The notes: generated by a model not told the origin, from the sequence alone. Numbered from the stretch's first letter, positions 26,817-38,369 are shown. The stretch is 64,000 nt of DNA from Planktotalea sp. (GCF_018607995.1 NZ_JABBAL010000037.1:19353-83352), one strand, 5' to 3'. Numbers and translations are program-made.

Positions 26817-26952
26817 GATCTACTCGCTTTACTTAAACTCTTCGTCTTTACTAACTACCCTGTGTCGACCAAAGCGGCCCGAATCCGTGATTAAGAGCGT
26901 ATCATTTCGTTGTCCAAGTGTGATCTGTTTCGCTGAAAGGTGTTAATCCATC

Positions 26953-27621
26953 GTGATTTCTAAGATTGTTCATAAATCAGAGCCAATCACTTTGGTTGGG
27001 GGAGGGGATGTTGATACAGCCCTTCTCAAACGGGTTATATATTATGCGCCAACGTTGGTCGCTGCGGATGGTGGTGCGGTTCATATACGCGATGCAGGCC
27101 TGATGCCCGAGGCTGTTATTGGAGATATGGATTCACTTTCTGGCAATTTAAAGGCAGAGTTGCCAAAAACTATTCTGTATCCGATAGCCGAACAGGACAG
27201 CACGGATTTCGAGAAATGCCTGATGCGGATTGAAGCACCTGCCATCGTTGGGCTTGGCTTTTTGGGTGGGCGTTTGGATCATCAACTGGCCGCGTTTCAC
27301 GGCTTGGTTCGGTTTCCTAAGCAAAGATGCATTTTGCTTGGACCTGACGAGTTAGTGTTTTTATGCCCGCCAGCACTAGACATACCGCTTAACGTTGGCA
27401 CGCCAGTGTCGTTGTTTCCCTTGGGGGCTGTGACCGGGCGTTTGCAAGGTCTCATTTGGTCCTTTGAGGTGTTAGATTTTGCACCGGGTCAGCGCATTGG
27501 CACGTCTAATGAGGCGGCAGGTGCAATCCACCTGGAAATGAGCGCACCATATATGTTGTGCATTTTGCCATCGTCTTGTTTCGAAATCGTGCTCGCAGCG
27601 CTTACGGCACAATCCGGCTAA
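26953..27621 (+). CDS. thiamine diphosphokinase
   Basis: The motifs GDMDS, EQDSTDFEKC and GGRLDHQLA are present. A GTG start is assumed. Confidence 0.75.
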   Translation: MISKIVHKSEPITLVGGGDVDTALLKRVIYYAPTLVAADGGAVHIRDAGLMPEAVIGDMDSLSGNLKAELPKTILYPIAEQDSTDFEKCLMRIEAPAIVGLGFLGGRLDHQLAAFHGLVRFPKQRCILLGPDELVFLCPPALDIPLNVGTPVSLFPLGAVTGRLQGLIWSFEVLDFAPGQRIGTSNEAAGAIHLEMSAPYMLCILPSSCFEIVLAALTAQSG

Positions 27622-28501
27622 GGCTGCGTTCGCGCATCACAATGTAGAGCCCTGCAGAGATCGTAATCGTAATGCCAATCGAGGCAAGCGTGTTGGGTAG
27701 CTCCATAAAGATCAGCCATCCAATAAAGGTCGCGAAAGGGATCTCGAGGTATTGCATTGGTGCAAGTGTCGCAGAAGGGGCGAAGCGCAATGACCATGTC
27801 ATCAACAAATGGGCTAACGTGCCGATGATCCCGAGCGATACCAGCATGAGCCATTCGTTTGGTGCGGGTACGCGAAGGTCGAGTTGTGGGATGCCGTTAT
27901 TGCTGAACACCAACATAACGGGAAGCATGATCGCAACAGCCATAAACCCATTCACGCATTGTAAGCTAATTGGATCGGTCTCTTTCGCAATCTGACGGGT
28001 CACAAGGATAAAGAGCGAGAACACAACGGCCACAACAAAGGGCAAAAGCGCAGGCCAGCCAACATCGTCAAACGCGGGTTGAATGACAAGCAAAGTTCCA
28101 ATGAAACCGACGGTGCTGGCGGCAATACGGCGAATGCCAATTTCTTCGCCCAACACATAATGACCCAGCATGAGCATAATGAAGGGCATTACAAAGGCGA
28201 TCGCTACAGCATCGGCGAGGGGCAAAAATTGCAAAGCAGTAAACATCGCACTAATCCCGATGATATGAAGAACCGTGCGCAGCCATGCCAGTTGTCGAAT
28301 ACGCGGCTGCATCTGAAATGTGCGCGTGGTGGAGAAGATCACGGGAGCCAGCAAAAGCGCCTGGATGGCAAAGCGCGCAAAGAGCAGAATGCCCAAAGGC
28401 ATTGTTTGCCCTAGGGTTTTCGCCAACGCATCACCCACAGGGGCTAACATGCAAAATCCTAGCATCATTAGGATACCTAAAAGGGGGCGATCACTTTTCA
28501 C
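27602..28501 (-). CDS. DMT-superfamily (EamA-like) transporter
   Basis: The ORF has about 10 TM helices and two EamA repeats. The GTG at 28501 avoids overlap with sdaA. Confidence 0.75.
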   Translation of the reverse strand: MKSDRPLLGILMMLGFCMLAPVGDALAKTLGQTMPLGILLFARFAIQALLLAPVIFSTTRTFQMQPRIRQLAWLRTVLHIIGISAMFTALQFLPLADAVAIAFVMPFIMLMLGHYVLGEEIGIRRIAASTVGFIGTLLVIQPAFDDVGWPALLPFVVAVVFSLFILVTRQIAKETDPISLQCVNGFMAVAIMLPVMLVFSNNGIPQLDLRVPAPNEWLMLVSLGIIGTLAHLLMTWSLRFAPSATLAPMQYLEIPFATFIGWLIFMELPNTLASIGITITISAGLYIVMRERSLSRIVP

Positions 28502-28565
28502 TGTGCAATCATAGGTTGAAGTGCTTCGAAAGGCAATTGAAAGGATTAAGGTTTTTGTTCGTGTG

Positions 28566-29939
28566 CTAACAATTTGGAATGTTGACCGCCAAACCACCAA
28601 GCGAGGTTTCTTTATACTTATCGCTCATATCAACGCCGGTTTGGCGCATGGTTTCGATACACGCATCAAGCGGCACCAGATGTTGCCCGTCACCGCGCAG
28701 CGCAAGGGAGGCCGCGCTCACCGCCTTGATTGCGCCGAGGCCATTGCGCTCAATACAAGGGACTTGCACCAAACCCTTAACCGGATCGCAGGTCATGCCC
28801 AAATGATGCTCAAGTGCGATTTCTGCAGCGTTTTCCACTTGCTTGGGTGTACCGCCCATAACGGCGCATAAGCCCGCGGAAGCCATCGCAGCGGCGCTGC
28901 CCACTTCGGCCTGACATCCGGCTTCCGCGCCAGAGATCGAAGCGTTGAACTTCACCAAACCACCAATCGCCGCAGCGGTCAGTAAGAATGCTTCGACCTT
29001 GCTCTCTTTCGCGCCCGGCACGTGATCAAGGTAATATCGGATGGTAGCAGGCACGACCCCTGCCGCGCCGTTGGTCGGTGCTGTCACGACTTGCCCGCCT
29101 GCGGCGTTCTCCTCATTCACGGCCATCGCATAGACGCTCATCCAGTCGTTGATCGTATGTGGCGCGCTTAAGTTCATTCCGCGCTCCGCCAGCAATGCGT
29201 CATGAATGCCTTTAGCTCGACGACGCACGTTCAAACCACCGGGTAGAATACCGCCATGAGACAAACCTTTGTTTATGCATTCATTCATTACCTGCCAAAT
29301 GCGCGCAGTTCCGCTGCGCAGGCTTTCGGTGCACCCGCGCGCGATTTCATTGGCGCGCTTCATTTCTGCGATGCTTTTGTTTGCGATATTCGCCATCTCC
29401 AACATCTCGGCGGCAGATTTGAACGGGTAGGGCACAGGATCGCCTTCGTCCGTATCTTTACCCTCGGCTAATTCTTCCTCTGTCATGACAAAGCCGCCAC
29501 CGATGGAATAATAAGTCTGTTGGTATGTGACGTCGCCTTGCGCGTCGGTTGCCATCAAGATCATGCCGTTCGCATGTCCGGGCAGGTTCGGACCGAAGTC
29601 AAATTTCAGATCGTTTTTGGGATCGAAGGCGAGCGCGCCAAACCCTTTAGGCGTCACGGTCTTCGTGCGCACAATCTCTGCCATTGCGGCGTCCGCTTTC
29701 GCGCTATCATAGGTCTCGGGTATAAATCCGGCTAAGCCCAGCACTGTCGCGCGATCCGTCGCATGGCCGATGCCTGTAAATGCGAGCGAGCCATGCAAGG
29801 ACGCGCGCAGCCCGTGAAATTTAAACGGAGAATTGCGCAGTTCATCCAAGAAGCGCGCAGCTGCGACCATCGGGCCCATCGTGTGAGACGACGACGGGCC
29901 AATTCCCACTTTGAACATATCGAAAACGGAGAGAAACAT
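28566..29939 (-). CDS. sdaA: L-serine ammonia-lyase (iron-sulfur dependent)
   Basis: From the ATG at 29939 the sequence reads [24 protein letters not shown], the canonical SdaA N-terminus. The protein is 457 aa. Confidence 0.9.
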   Translation of the reverse strand: MFLSVFDMFKVGIGPSSSHTMGPMVAAARFLDELRNSPFKFHGLRASLHGSLAFTGIGHATDRATVLGLAGFIPETYDSAKADAAMAEIVRTKTVTPKGFGALAFDPKNDLKFDFGPNLPGHANGMILMATDAQGDVTYQQTYYSIGGGFVMTEEELAEGKDTDEGDPVPYPFKSAAEMLEMANIANKSIAEMKRANEIARGCTESLRSGTARIWQVMNECINKGLSHGGILPGGLNVRRRAKGIHDALLAERGMNLSAPHTINDWMSVYAMAVNEENAAGGQVVTAPTNGAAGVVPATIRYYLDHVPGAKESKVEAFLLTAAAIGGLVKFNASISGAEAGCQAEVGSAAAMASAGLCAVMGGTPKQVENAAEIALEHHLGMTCDPVKGLVQVPCIERNGLGAIKAVSAASLALRGDGQHLVPLDACIETMRQTGVDMSDKYKETSLGGLAVNIPNC

Positions 29940-29980
29940 CAGGTAGCACTTCCTATTGTGGGATTGGAGTAAATGGGATT

Positions 29981-30640
29981 CTAAAAGGGCGTTGGGCGGA
30001 GGCCTTCCGAAGGTTGCACCGCTCGGACGCTTGGCAAGAGCTCTGTCCTTTGGGCTAGGGCACGCAGGGCCGGAAAGGTCTCTATTTCGACCCAATTATC
30101 CGTGTACGTGGCAGGATAAAGCTGCGCCCACCGCAGGCACGAGCAGGCATAAATATCGAGGGTCGTAGGCTTGGCGCCCCCCAAGAGCGTCTGTGGATCG
30201 ACGATCAAATGTTCAATTTGCGCAAAGTCACTTTGGATGCGCTGTGCGATCCCGCCGCGCAACTTTGCGGCATGCTCGGCTACGATGATTTTTTCAAGAT
30301 AAAACATCTGCCGCAAACCAGCGTGCAAGGAATTGGAGATGAAGAAGAGCCACTTCAAACTTTCCCACCTTGCAGCATTATCAGGTGCGGAAAAAATCCC
30401 CGCGTGGCGATCCGCAAGCCAAAGCAGGATCGCACCTTTTTCAAAGATCATACCGTTCGGCGTTTCCAGTGCTGGGATCATGCCCAATGGGTTCAGCGAG
30501 AGATAGGCAGGTGATTGCTGCGCGGTGACGCTGCGATCCACAAGCACGGCCTCATAAGGCGTGCCCAATATTCCCAGCGCAATTCGGATAATCAAAGAGG
30601 CGTTATCGGGCGCGTAATGATGGATATATGGTTTGTTCAT
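29981..30640 (-). CDS. glutathione S-transferase family protein
   Basis: The 219 aa ORF has a GST N-terminal thioredoxin-like motif (NPLGMIPALE). Confidence 0.75.
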   Translation of the reverse strand: MNKPYIHHYAPDNASLIIRIALGILGTPYEAVLVDRSVTAQQSPAYLSLNPLGMIPALETPNGMIFEKGAILLWLADRHAGIFSAPDNAARWESLKWLFFISNSLHAGLRQMFYLEKIIVAEHAAKLRGGIAQRIQSDFAQIEHLIVDPQTLLGGAKPTTLDIYACSCLRWAQLYPATYTDNWVEIETFPALRALAQRTELLPSVRAVQPSEGLRPTPF

Positions 30641-30755
30641 ACGATTTGTTTACGCGCTATTGGCAAGCCGGCAACGCTGAAAAGCGACATTCCGCTCTCG
30701 CACCCCGCCCCTGCTGTGTTTATAAGGTTGCAACTTGTTAAGGAGTCGCGTGCCC

Positions 30756-31544
30756 ATGTCTGGAGAATTGTCCCCCATCGACAAAGCGAAATTTGTGGCT
30801 GCGAAGCGGGCCGCTGCCTTCGTGGAAGACGGTATGCGCGTGGGCCTGGGAACTGGATCGACTGCCACTTGGCTGGTGCGGTGCCTTGGTGAAATGGTTC
30901 GAGACGATAGATTGCGTATCCGTGGCGTTCCGACATCCACACGAACGGCTGTGCTTGCGCGCGAAGCCGGGATCGAGGTTATCTCGCTAGACGAAGCGCG
31001 TTGGCTCGACATTACCATTGACGGAGCAGATGAATTTGACGGGGATTTGAACCTGATCAAAGGCGGTGGCGGTGCCTTGTTGCAAGAAAAGATCGTCGCA
31101 ACTGCGTCTGATCAGATGATCGTTATCGCGGACGCTGGTAAGGAAGTTGAAAACCTTGGCGCATTCCCGTTGCCTATCGAGGTTGTGCCCTTCGGCTGGC
31201 AAACCACCCGCGCATTGGTCGAGGAAACACTGGTTTCCATGGATGTGCTTGGACGACAGATTAGCCTACGCATGAACGGTGGCTCGCCCTTTATAACGAA
31301 CGAGGGAAATTATATTTTGGACCTCAATCTCAAGCGGATTGGCAATGCACGCCAATTGGCGATGGTGGTCAATCAAATGCCTGGTGTTGTTGAAAATGGA
31401 TTGTACATCGACATTTGTGACGCGGTTGTGATCGGTCATGGGGATGGCAAGGTTGAAGTGCGCAACATAAATACCGGAACAGTAGAACATGAGCGGCTTG
31501 ATTTTGTGGAAAATGATAATCTTTTTACCGATCTGGCCGGCTAA
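30756..31544 (+). CDS. rpiA: ribose-5-phosphate isomerase A
   Basis: An AAGGAG RBS precedes the start. The motifs GLGTGSTA and DGADE..LIKGGGGALLQEK are present. Confidence 0.9.
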   Translation: MSGELSPIDKAKFVAAKRAAAFVEDGMRVGLGTGSTATWLVRCLGEMVRDDRLRIRGVPTSTRTAVLAREAGIEVISLDEARWLDITIDGADEFDGDLNLIKGGGGALLQEKIVATASDQMIVIADAGKEVENLGAFPLPIEVVPFGWQTTRALVEETLVSMDVLGRQISLRMNGGSPFITNEGNYILDLNLKRIGNARQLAMVVNQMPGVVENGLYIDICDAVVIGHGDGKVEVRNINTGTVEHERLDFVENDNLFTDLAG

Positions 31545-31575
31545 GCGCGGCAGCGCATGACTTAAGGACTTTGGA

Positions 31576-32934
31576 ATGGCATTTGACTACGATTTGTTTG
31601 TGATTGGTGGCGGCTCTGGCGGAGTGCGTGCGGCGCGCGTAGCAGCGCAGGATGCGGGTGCGAAGGTCGCGTTGGCCGAGGAAGATCGCTACGGCGGCAC
31701 TTGCGTCATTCGTGGCTGTGTTCCCAAAAAATTGATGGTGTTCGCATCTGGTTATGCAGGTCTGGCAGAAGAAGCGCAGGCTTATGGCTGGGATGTGTCG
31801 AACAAAGGGTTCGATTGGACTGCCTTTCAGAAAAAGATGCAAGCTGAGCTGGATCGCCTTGAGGGGATCTACCGTAATTTGCTCAAGAACGCAGGTGTCG
31901 AAACCTTTGATAGTCGTGCACGCATCGCGGATGCGCATACGATTGAATTGGCGGACGGTACGCGCAAAACTGCGAAGCATATTCTGATTGCTGTCGGTGG
32001 TCGCCCCGTGAAGCCCATGATTGTTGGCGCAGAGCACGCAATCACCTCGAACGAGATTTTCCATCTTGAACAGCTATCAAAATCCATGCTGATTGTTGGT
32101 GGTGGCTATATAGCGTCCGAATTTGCGGGTGTGATGAATGGAATGGGCGTCCAAACCACGCAATTCTATCGCGGCGATCAGATCCTGCGTGGCTTCGATG
32201 ATGAAGCGCGCACAGTGGTTGCTGAAGAAATGATCGTTAAAGGCGTGAATCTTGAGTTGAAAACCAATGTCGCAGAAATGCGCCGCGCAGGTGCTGGTAT
32301 TTGGGTGAAGGACACCAACGGCGTAGAGCGTACTTTCGATCAAGTGATGTTCGCTACAGGTCGTGTGCCCAACTCTGATGATTTGGGCCTTGAAGAGGTC
32401 GGCGTTAAACTCGGTCGCAAGGGCGAGATTGTTGTGGATGAGTATAGCCAAACGGGCGTGCCCTCGATCTATGCGGTGGGCGATGTGACAGACCGTGCGA
32501 ACCTAACACCTGTTGCGATCCGCGAAGGCATGGCCTTTGTCGAAACGGTATTCAAAGGCAACCCGACGAAACCTGATCATGATGTGATCCCAACTGCGAT
32601 TTTCACGCAGCCTGAAATGGGCACCGTCGGCCTGTCCGAGGAAGAGGCAAAGGCGCAAGGCGCGATTGAAGTTTATAGCGCATCGTTCAAGCCCATGCAG
32701 CAAAGCTTCGCGGGTCGCGCGGAAAAAGTTTTGATGAAACTCATCGTGTCACAGGAAGATCGCAAGGTTCTGGGCTGTCACATTGTCGCCCCGGGGGCAG
32801 GTGAATTGATCCAACTCGCAGGCATCGCAGTGAAAATGGGCGCAACCAAAGAAGACTTTGATCGCACGGTTGCAGTGCATCCTACAATGTCGGAAGAATT
32901 GGTAACGATGAAAACACCGACACGCATGGCTTGA
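31576..32934 (+). CDS. gor: glutathione-disulfide reductase
   Basis: The sequence FDYDLFVIGGGSGGVRAAR and the redox-active GGTCVIRGCVPKK are present. The protein is 452 aa. Confidence 0.9.
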   Translation: MAFDYDLFVIGGGSGGVRAARVAAQDAGAKVALAEEDRYGGTCVIRGCVPKKLMVFASGYAGLAEEAQAYGWDVSNKGFDWTAFQKKMQAELDRLEGIYRNLLKNAGVETFDSRARIADAHTIELADGTRKTAKHILIAVGGRPVKPMIVGAEHAITSNEIFHLEQLSKSMLIVGGGYIASEFAGVMNGMGVQTTQFYRGDQILRGFDDEARTVVAEEMIVKGVNLELKTNVAEMRRAGAGIWVKDTNGVERTFDQVMFATGRVPNSDDLGLEEVGVKLGRKGEIVVDEYSQTGVPSIYAVGDVTDRANLTPVAIREGMAFVETVFKGNPTKPDHDVIPTAIFTQPEMGTVGLSEEEAKAQGAIEVYSASFKPMQQSFAGRAEKVLMKLIVSQEDRKVLGCHIVAPGAGELIQLAGIAVKMGATKEDFDRTVAVHPTMSEELVTMKTPTRMA

Positions 32935-33007
32935 AATTTTGGGAAACCTGACCAGTTAGACGGGTAGGGTGGTTCAAACAGATTTAACTAAGAGGAAATA
33001 GCTAAAA

Positions 33008-34159
33008 ATGGCTGGTAACAACGGCGGCCCATGGGGTGGCGGTGGAAATAACGGATCAGGCGATGATAATCGCGGGTCTGGCAATAACGGCGGTGGTCGT
33101 CGTCCCGAAGGGGACGGACCGCAGATTCCCGAAATCGACGAGCTGATGAAAAAAGGTCAGGAGCAATTGCGTGTTCTGATGGGTGGTCGCGGTGGCGGTA
33201 ATGGCACCAACGGCTCTGGCGGCGGCGATTCTGGTGGGCCGATGTTGACGCGCGGGACTATTGGTCTTGGTGTTGTCGCTGCAGTTGTTCTTTGGGGCAT
33301 GGCCAGCTTTTACACTGTGAAACCGGAAGAGCAGTCTGTTGAACTGTTGCTTGGCGCATATTCCTCTACTGGTAATCCTGGCTTGAACTTCGCGCCATGG
33401 CCGATTGTTACCAAAGAGGTAATTGCTGTCACGCGAGAGCAAACAGAGGATATTGGCGTTGGAGCTCGTGGCTCCGAAGCGGGTCTGATGCTGACGGGTG
33501 ATGAAAACATTGTAGACATCGATTTTCAAGTGGTTTGGAACATCACCGATCCTGCGAAGTTCTTGTTCAACCTGCGTGATCCACAAATGACGATCCGTGC
33601 GGTGTCTGAATCTGCGATGCGTGAGATTATTGCGCAATCTGAATTGGCCCCGATCCTCAACAGAGACCGTGCAAGCATTGGTGATCGTCTTAAGGATTTG
33701 ATCCAAAGCACGCTGGATAGCTACGATTCTGGTATGAATGTCGTACGTGTGAACTTCGACAAAGCGGATCCTCCTCAACAGGTGATCGATTCATTCCGTG
33801 AGGTCCAAGCTGCCGAGCAAGAACGTGACCGCCTTGAGAAGCAAGCGGACGCCTATGCGAACCGTATTGTTGCGGAAGCACGGGGTGAAGCGGCGCAGGT
33901 TTTGGAAGAAGCTGAAGGCTACCGCGCACGTGTCGTGAATGAAGCGACAGGTGAAGCGTCCCGTTTCACAGCCGTTCTGGCCGAGTACGAGAAATCACCG
34001 GAAGTCACGCGCAAGCGCCTCTACCTCGAGACGATGGAGGAAGTACTAGGGCGTGTTGACAAAATCATCCTTGACGAGAATGGCGGAGGCGGCCAAGGCG
34101 TCGTTCCCTACCTTCCGCTCAACGAGCTTCGTAAATCTACTACAGGAGGGAGCAACTAA
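33008..34159 (+). CDS. hflK: FtsH protease modulator HflK
   Basis: There is a Gly/Asn-rich N-terminus, one TM helix and an SPFH domain. The stop overlaps the hflC start. Confidence 0.9.
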   Translation: MAGNNGGPWGGGGNNGSGDDNRGSGNNGGGRRPEGDGPQIPEIDELMKKGQEQLRVLMGGRGGGNGTNGSGGGDSGGPMLTRGTIGLGVVAAVVLWGMASFYTVKPEEQSVELLLGAYSSTGNPGLNFAPWPIVTKEVIAVTREQTEDIGVGARGSEAGLMLTGDENIVDIDFQVVWNITDPAKFLFNLRDPQMTIRAVSESAMREIIAQSELAPILNRDRASIGDRLKDLIQSTLDSYDSGMNVVRVNFDKADPPQQVIDSFREVQAAEQERDRLEKQADAYANRIVAEARGEAAQVLEEAEGYRARVVNEATGEASRFTAVLAEYEKSPEVTRKRLYLETMEEVLGRVDKIILDENGGGGQGVVPYLPLNELRKSTTGGSN

Positions 34160-35031
34160 TGCGTAAAACTACATATTTGTTGCCGATTGCGGTGATTGCG
34201 ATTGCCGGAATTCTGTCATCTATGTTCATCGTGGACGAACGCGAGAAAGCGCTCGTGCTTCAGTTTGGCCGGGTTGTCGATATCAAAGAAAATCCAGGTC
34301 TAGCATTTAAAATTCCGTTGATTCAGGATGTTGTCCGATATGACGACCGTATTCTTAGCCGTGACATCGACCCACTCGAAGTGACGCCTCTGGATGACCG
34401 TCGTCTTGTGGTTGACGCGTTTGCGCGTTACCGGATCGCTGATGTGAACCAGTTCCGTCAAGCGGTTGGTGGGGGTGGTATTCCTGCAGCGGAAAGCCGT
34501 TTGGACAGTATCTTGCGCTCTGAAACGCGTGAAATTTTGGGTTCCGTATCCTCCAATGACATCCTCAGCACGGATCGTGCGGCGCTGATGCTTCGTATCC
34601 GAAATGGTGCGATTTCTGAAGCTCGGGGTCTCGGTATTGAAGTCATCGACGTGCGTTTGAAGCGGACTGACTTGCCCTCTGAGAACCTCGAATCTACCTT
34701 TGCGCGTATGCGTGCGGAGCGTGAACGTGAAGCGGCGGACGAGATTGCCCGTGGTAACGAAGCGGCGCAACGTGTGCGTGCTTTGGCGGATCGTACGCAG
34801 GTCGAAATCGTTTCCGATGCACGTCGCGATAGCGAAATTACTCGAGGTGAAGCAGACGCGGAACGTAATGCGATCTTCGCAAGTGCTTACGGCGAGGATC
34901 AGGAGTTTTTTGAATTCTACCGCTCGCTTGAGGCCTACCGCGGGGCGTTGCAGGGCAACAACTCGACAATGGTTCTGTCACCTGACAGCGACTTCTTCAA
35001 TTACCTGAAGTCGGATACAAAATCGGAGTAA
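34159..35031 (+). CDS. hflC: FtsH protease modulator HflC
   Basis: An SPFH domain follows an N-terminal TM helix, and the gene is in classic hflKC synteny. Confidence 0.9.
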   Translation: MRKTTYLLPIAVIAIAGILSSMFIVDEREKALVLQFGRVVDIKENPGLAFKIPLIQDVVRYDDRILSRDIDPLEVTPLDDRRLVVDAFARYRIADVNQFRQAVGGGGIPAAESRLDSILRSETREILGSVSSNDILSTDRAALMLRIRNGAISEARGLGIEVIDVRLKRTDLPSENLESTFARMRAEREREAADEIARGNEAAQRVRALADRTQVEIVSDARRDSEITRGEADAERNAIFASAYGEDQEFFEFYRSLEAYRGALQGNNSTMVLSPDSDFFNYLKSDTKSE

Positions 35032-35035
35032 CCTA

Positions 35036-35236
35036 ATGTTTGCCAACATCTTTTTGGCAACTGGTTTGGTCTTGATCGTCGAGGGGCTGGTGTACGCACT
35101 GGCCCCTTCGCTTGTTGAAGACCTGCTCGAAGCCTTGAAAAACCTCTCATTAGAGATGCGCCGCACGTTCGGATTTTTGGTGCTCGTTCTCGGCGTTTGC
35201 TTCTTACTCGCTGCGCGAACAATGGGGGCTGGTTGA
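35036..35236 (+). CDS. small membrane protein (DUF2065-like)
   Basis: The 66 aa two-TM ORF lies directly after hflC, a common alphaproteobacterial arrangement. Confidence 0.6.
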   Translation: MFANIFLATGLVLIVEGLVYALAPSLVEDLLEALKNLSLEMRRTFGFLVLVLGVCFLLAARTMGAG

Positions 35237-35407
35237 AACATTTCTGCTCATGGGAGCGGTTTTGTTCACTTAATCTTCACATACGCTTGAAACACTGAAA
35301 CGAGATTTGCGTTGCGCCTGCGGACACCTAGATAGAGGATGAGTATAAGAGCCGGTATCAACGATTGATCCGGCATAGGCTCGGACCAAATAAGGAGGTC
35401 TACTACA

Positions 35408-36883
35408 ATGTCTAATGCAATTGCTCTCTCTCAAGACAAACAAGATGAAACGCGCAAAGTTCTGCCATGGGCTCTGGCCATGGGGCTTAGCGTTGCCTTG
35501 CTATTGCTTCAAACGCTGAGTGCAGCGGCGCGCGGTGCCCCTGAAAGTTTTGCGGATCTTGCTGAAAAGATCAGCCCTGCGGTGGTTAATATCACCACTT
35601 CGACAACAGTTGCGCGCAATACTGCGCCACGCGGAGTCGCGCCCGAAGGCTCGCCCTTCGAAGAGTTCTTTCGCGAATTCCAAGACCGCAATCGTGGCGG
35701 CAATGGCGATCGACCGCGCCGGTCCTCCGCGCTCGGCTCTGGCTTTGTGATTTCCGAAGACGGATTTGTGGTCACCAACAACCACGTCATTGAGGGTGCG
35801 GATGAGATCCTCATTGAATTCTTTGAAGGCGGCGAACTACCTGCAAAAGTGATCGGTACAGACCCGAACACGGATATTGCATTGCTTAAAGTGGAAACAG
35901 ACAAGTCGCTTTCCTTCGTCAGCTTTGGTGATAGCGACATCTCGCGCGTGGGCGATTGGGTCATGGCGATGGGTAACCCGCTTGGCCAGGGATTTTCTGT
36001 CTCCGCAGGCATTGTTTCTGCACGCAATCGTGCGCTCAGCGGATCCTACGATGACTACATCCAGACGGACGCGGCGATTAACCGTGGCAATTCTGGTGGT
36101 CCCTTGTTCAACATGGACGGCGACGTGATTGGCGTGAACACTGCTATTTTGTCCCCTAACGGTGGTTCAATCGGGATCGGTTTTTCGATGGCATCCAATG
36201 TTGTTGTGAAAGTTGTCGATCAACTGAAAGAGTTCGGCGAAACACGTCGCGGTTGGCTTGGTGTGCGTATTCAGGACGTGACGGACGACGTGGCTGAAGC
36301 AATTGGTCTCGAAAATGCAGCTGGTGCCCTGGTAACGGATGTGCCTGACGGCCCTTCCATGGAAGCGGGCATCAAAGCTGGCGACGTCATCATGAGCTTT
36401 GATGGTAAAGACGTTAGCGATACGCGTTCTTTGGTCAAAACTGTAGGCAACACGCAAGTGGGTAAGGCCGTTCGTGTTGTTGTGTTCCGCGACGGTAAGA
36501 CTGAAACGCTGAAAGTGACGCTTGGCCGTCGCGAAGAAGCGGAAGGAGCGGTGCCTGCTTCACAACCTGCGGCACCGTCCAAGACCGAAGTGCTTGGCTT
36601 GACGATTTCTGAGATCACGGATGAGTTGCGTGAGCAGCTTGATCTCACGGATAGCGCAAGCGGTTTGGTTATTCAGGACGTGGTCGAAACCAGTAAAGCT
36701 TACGAAAAAGGTCTGCGTGCGGGTGATTTGATCACTGAAGCAGGGCAGCAAAAGCTTGCGAGTGTGGTGGATCTGACCAAACAGATTGAAGCTGCGCGTG
36801 AGGCTGGCCGCAAGTCGCTCTTGCTATTAGTGCGTCGTGCTGGCGATCCACGCTTTGTTGCATTGGCACTTGAAGAGGGCTAA
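35408..36883 (+). CDS. degP: Do-family serine endopeptidase (DegP/DegQ/HtrA)
   Basis: The catalytic motifs are intact (TNNHV, DIALLK, GNSGGP), and two PDZ domains follow. The RBS is AAGGAGG. Confidence 0.9.
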   Translation: MSNAIALSQDKQDETRKVLPWALAMGLSVALLLLQTLSAAARGAPESFADLAEKISPAVVNITTSTTVARNTAPRGVAPEGSPFEEFFREFQDRNRGGNGDRPRRSSALGSGFVISEDGFVVTNNHVIEGADEILIEFFEGGELPAKVIGTDPNTDIALLKVETDKSLSFVSFGDSDISRVGDWVMAMGNPLGQGFSVSAGIVSARNRALSGSYDDYIQTDAAINRGNSGGPLFNMDGDVIGVNTAILSPNGGSIGIGFSMASNVVVKVVDQLKEFGETRRGWLGVRIQDVTDDVAEAIGLENAAGALVTDVPDGPSMEAGIKAGDVIMSFDGKDVSDTRSLVKTVGNTQVGKAVRVVVFRDGKTETLKVTLGRREEAEGAVPASQPAAPSKTEVLGLTISEITDELREQLDLTDSASGLVIQDVVETSKAYEKGLRAGDLITEAGQQKLASVVDLTKQIEAAREAGRKSLLLLVRRAGDPRFVALALEEG

Positions 36884-36904
36884 ATCGCCACAGGTATCAA
36901 ATAG

Positions 36905-36932
36905 AAGGCCCTGCACATGCGGGGCCTTTTTC
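36905..36932. terminator. strong intrinsic terminator after degP
   Basis: The stem aaggccctgc / gcggggcctt has loop acat and is followed by ttttt. It abuts the stop of the convergent lipoprotein gene. Confidence 0.75.
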
Positions 36933-36934
36933 GT

Positions 36935-37453
36935 TTAACCATCGTCTTCGAAATCGTAAGCGACCAAGCCAAGTCTGCGTGCCGCTGCCACGAACAAGAT
37001 TGAACTATCAAGCCCTTGCGACGCTTGGTATTTGCGAATTGCGCTGCGTGTGCGGGCATTGATGTAACCATAAACACTCCCATGGAAACGCCCACGCGCT
37101 TTCAAGGCACGTTGCAAGCTTTCTACAAATTCTGGGGTTAGCGCTAGAGCGCATGGGGTCTCAAACGACAATTCACGACGTTCTTTCGTAATCCGTTGCG
37201 ATGTTTCGGTTTTATAAACTGCAGGTGCACTTACTGTGCTATCAGTTCGAAATTCAGCAGGTTGCAGCTGAATTTGATGCGTGAAGGTTTCAAGTTCTGC
37301 AGGTGTCACATGCTTGCCCCAACAACTGCCTTCTTTCGCGCCGGGCGGAGGTGTGGAGCGCGTGTAGACCAATTCGTGCTCATCATTGAACGCAGCTTGG
37401 GCCACTGTTTCTAAAGGGGCTGCGCAAGAAGCCACAAAATACAGCGAAGCCAT
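36935..37453 (-). CDS. putative lipoprotein with a C-terminal peptidoglycan-binding domain
   Basis: From the ATG at 37453 the sequence is MASLYFVASCAAP (lipobox). The C-terminus has a PG_binding_1-like motif (LQRALKARGRFHGSVYGYINARTRSAIRKYQ). Confidence 0.65.
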   Translation of the reverse strand: MASLYFVASCAAPLETVAQAAFNDEHELVYTRSTPPPGAKEGSCWGKHVTPAELETFTHQIQLQPAEFRTDSTVSAPAVYKTETSQRITKERRELSFETPCALALTPEFVESLQRALKARGRFHGSVYGYINARTRSAIRKYQASQGLDSSILFVAAARRLGLVAYDFEDDG

Positions 37454-37691
37454 GTCGGTCACGCACCGGATCACCGCAAATCGCGGAAATGCGAAATAGC
37501 TGTGCTGCATAACGCTTGTTTCACTGCTTACCGCCTTGATGGCGATCTAATTTTTTGCTGAGCGGTTTTTTTAGCAAAGGCATAGTTACAAGATGAAAGC
37601 TGCGCCGGGATGCGGCTTTAAAGATATGCGTGATGACGCAAATGGCACTGGAAGGCGCAGGCTTGTGCCGTTAGACAAAGAAAACAGATAG

Positions 37692-38030
<339 letters not shown>

Positions 38031-38060
38031 AGCGCCTTTTCGCTGTTGCGCTGTTATTTT

Positions 38061-38369
38061 ATGACCCACCACTTCTGCCAGCGCGGGCGTGGCTGAGGCC
38101 CATTATTCAGAGCCAACAAACGGTATGCCCATGGCATATTGGGCGACGCTATCGAATTTGGTGCGCTTGAAATTGTGACTGATACAGGTGAGGCGATAAC
38201 CATGCGCCTGCCTGAAACACGCGTGTTCGAGAATCTTAAGCCGTGCTTGTATGATATGGGTTTTGATAGCATTGTAGAGTTCGTTGTTATTGAATCCAGC
38301 ATGAATCAAGGCGCTCGTCTGGCGATTTACGACCGAGACAGGTCTCGTCTCTGCGACGCCTTATATTGA
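38061..38369 (+). other. possible decayed ORF (in-frame TGA at 38094-38096) inside a 700 bp gene-poor stretch
   Basis: The ATG at 38061 and the track ORF 38139..38369 share a frame that is interrupted only by the TGA. Downstream frames also read as short protein-like pieces separated by stops. I recognise no family. Confidence 0.2.

Noticed and set aside
38094-38096. The in-frame TGA in the 38061-38369 ORF might encode selenocysteine.
   Set aside because: I could identify no SECIS-like hairpin immediately downstream, there are no sel genes in the window, and the ORF itself is of doubtful reality.
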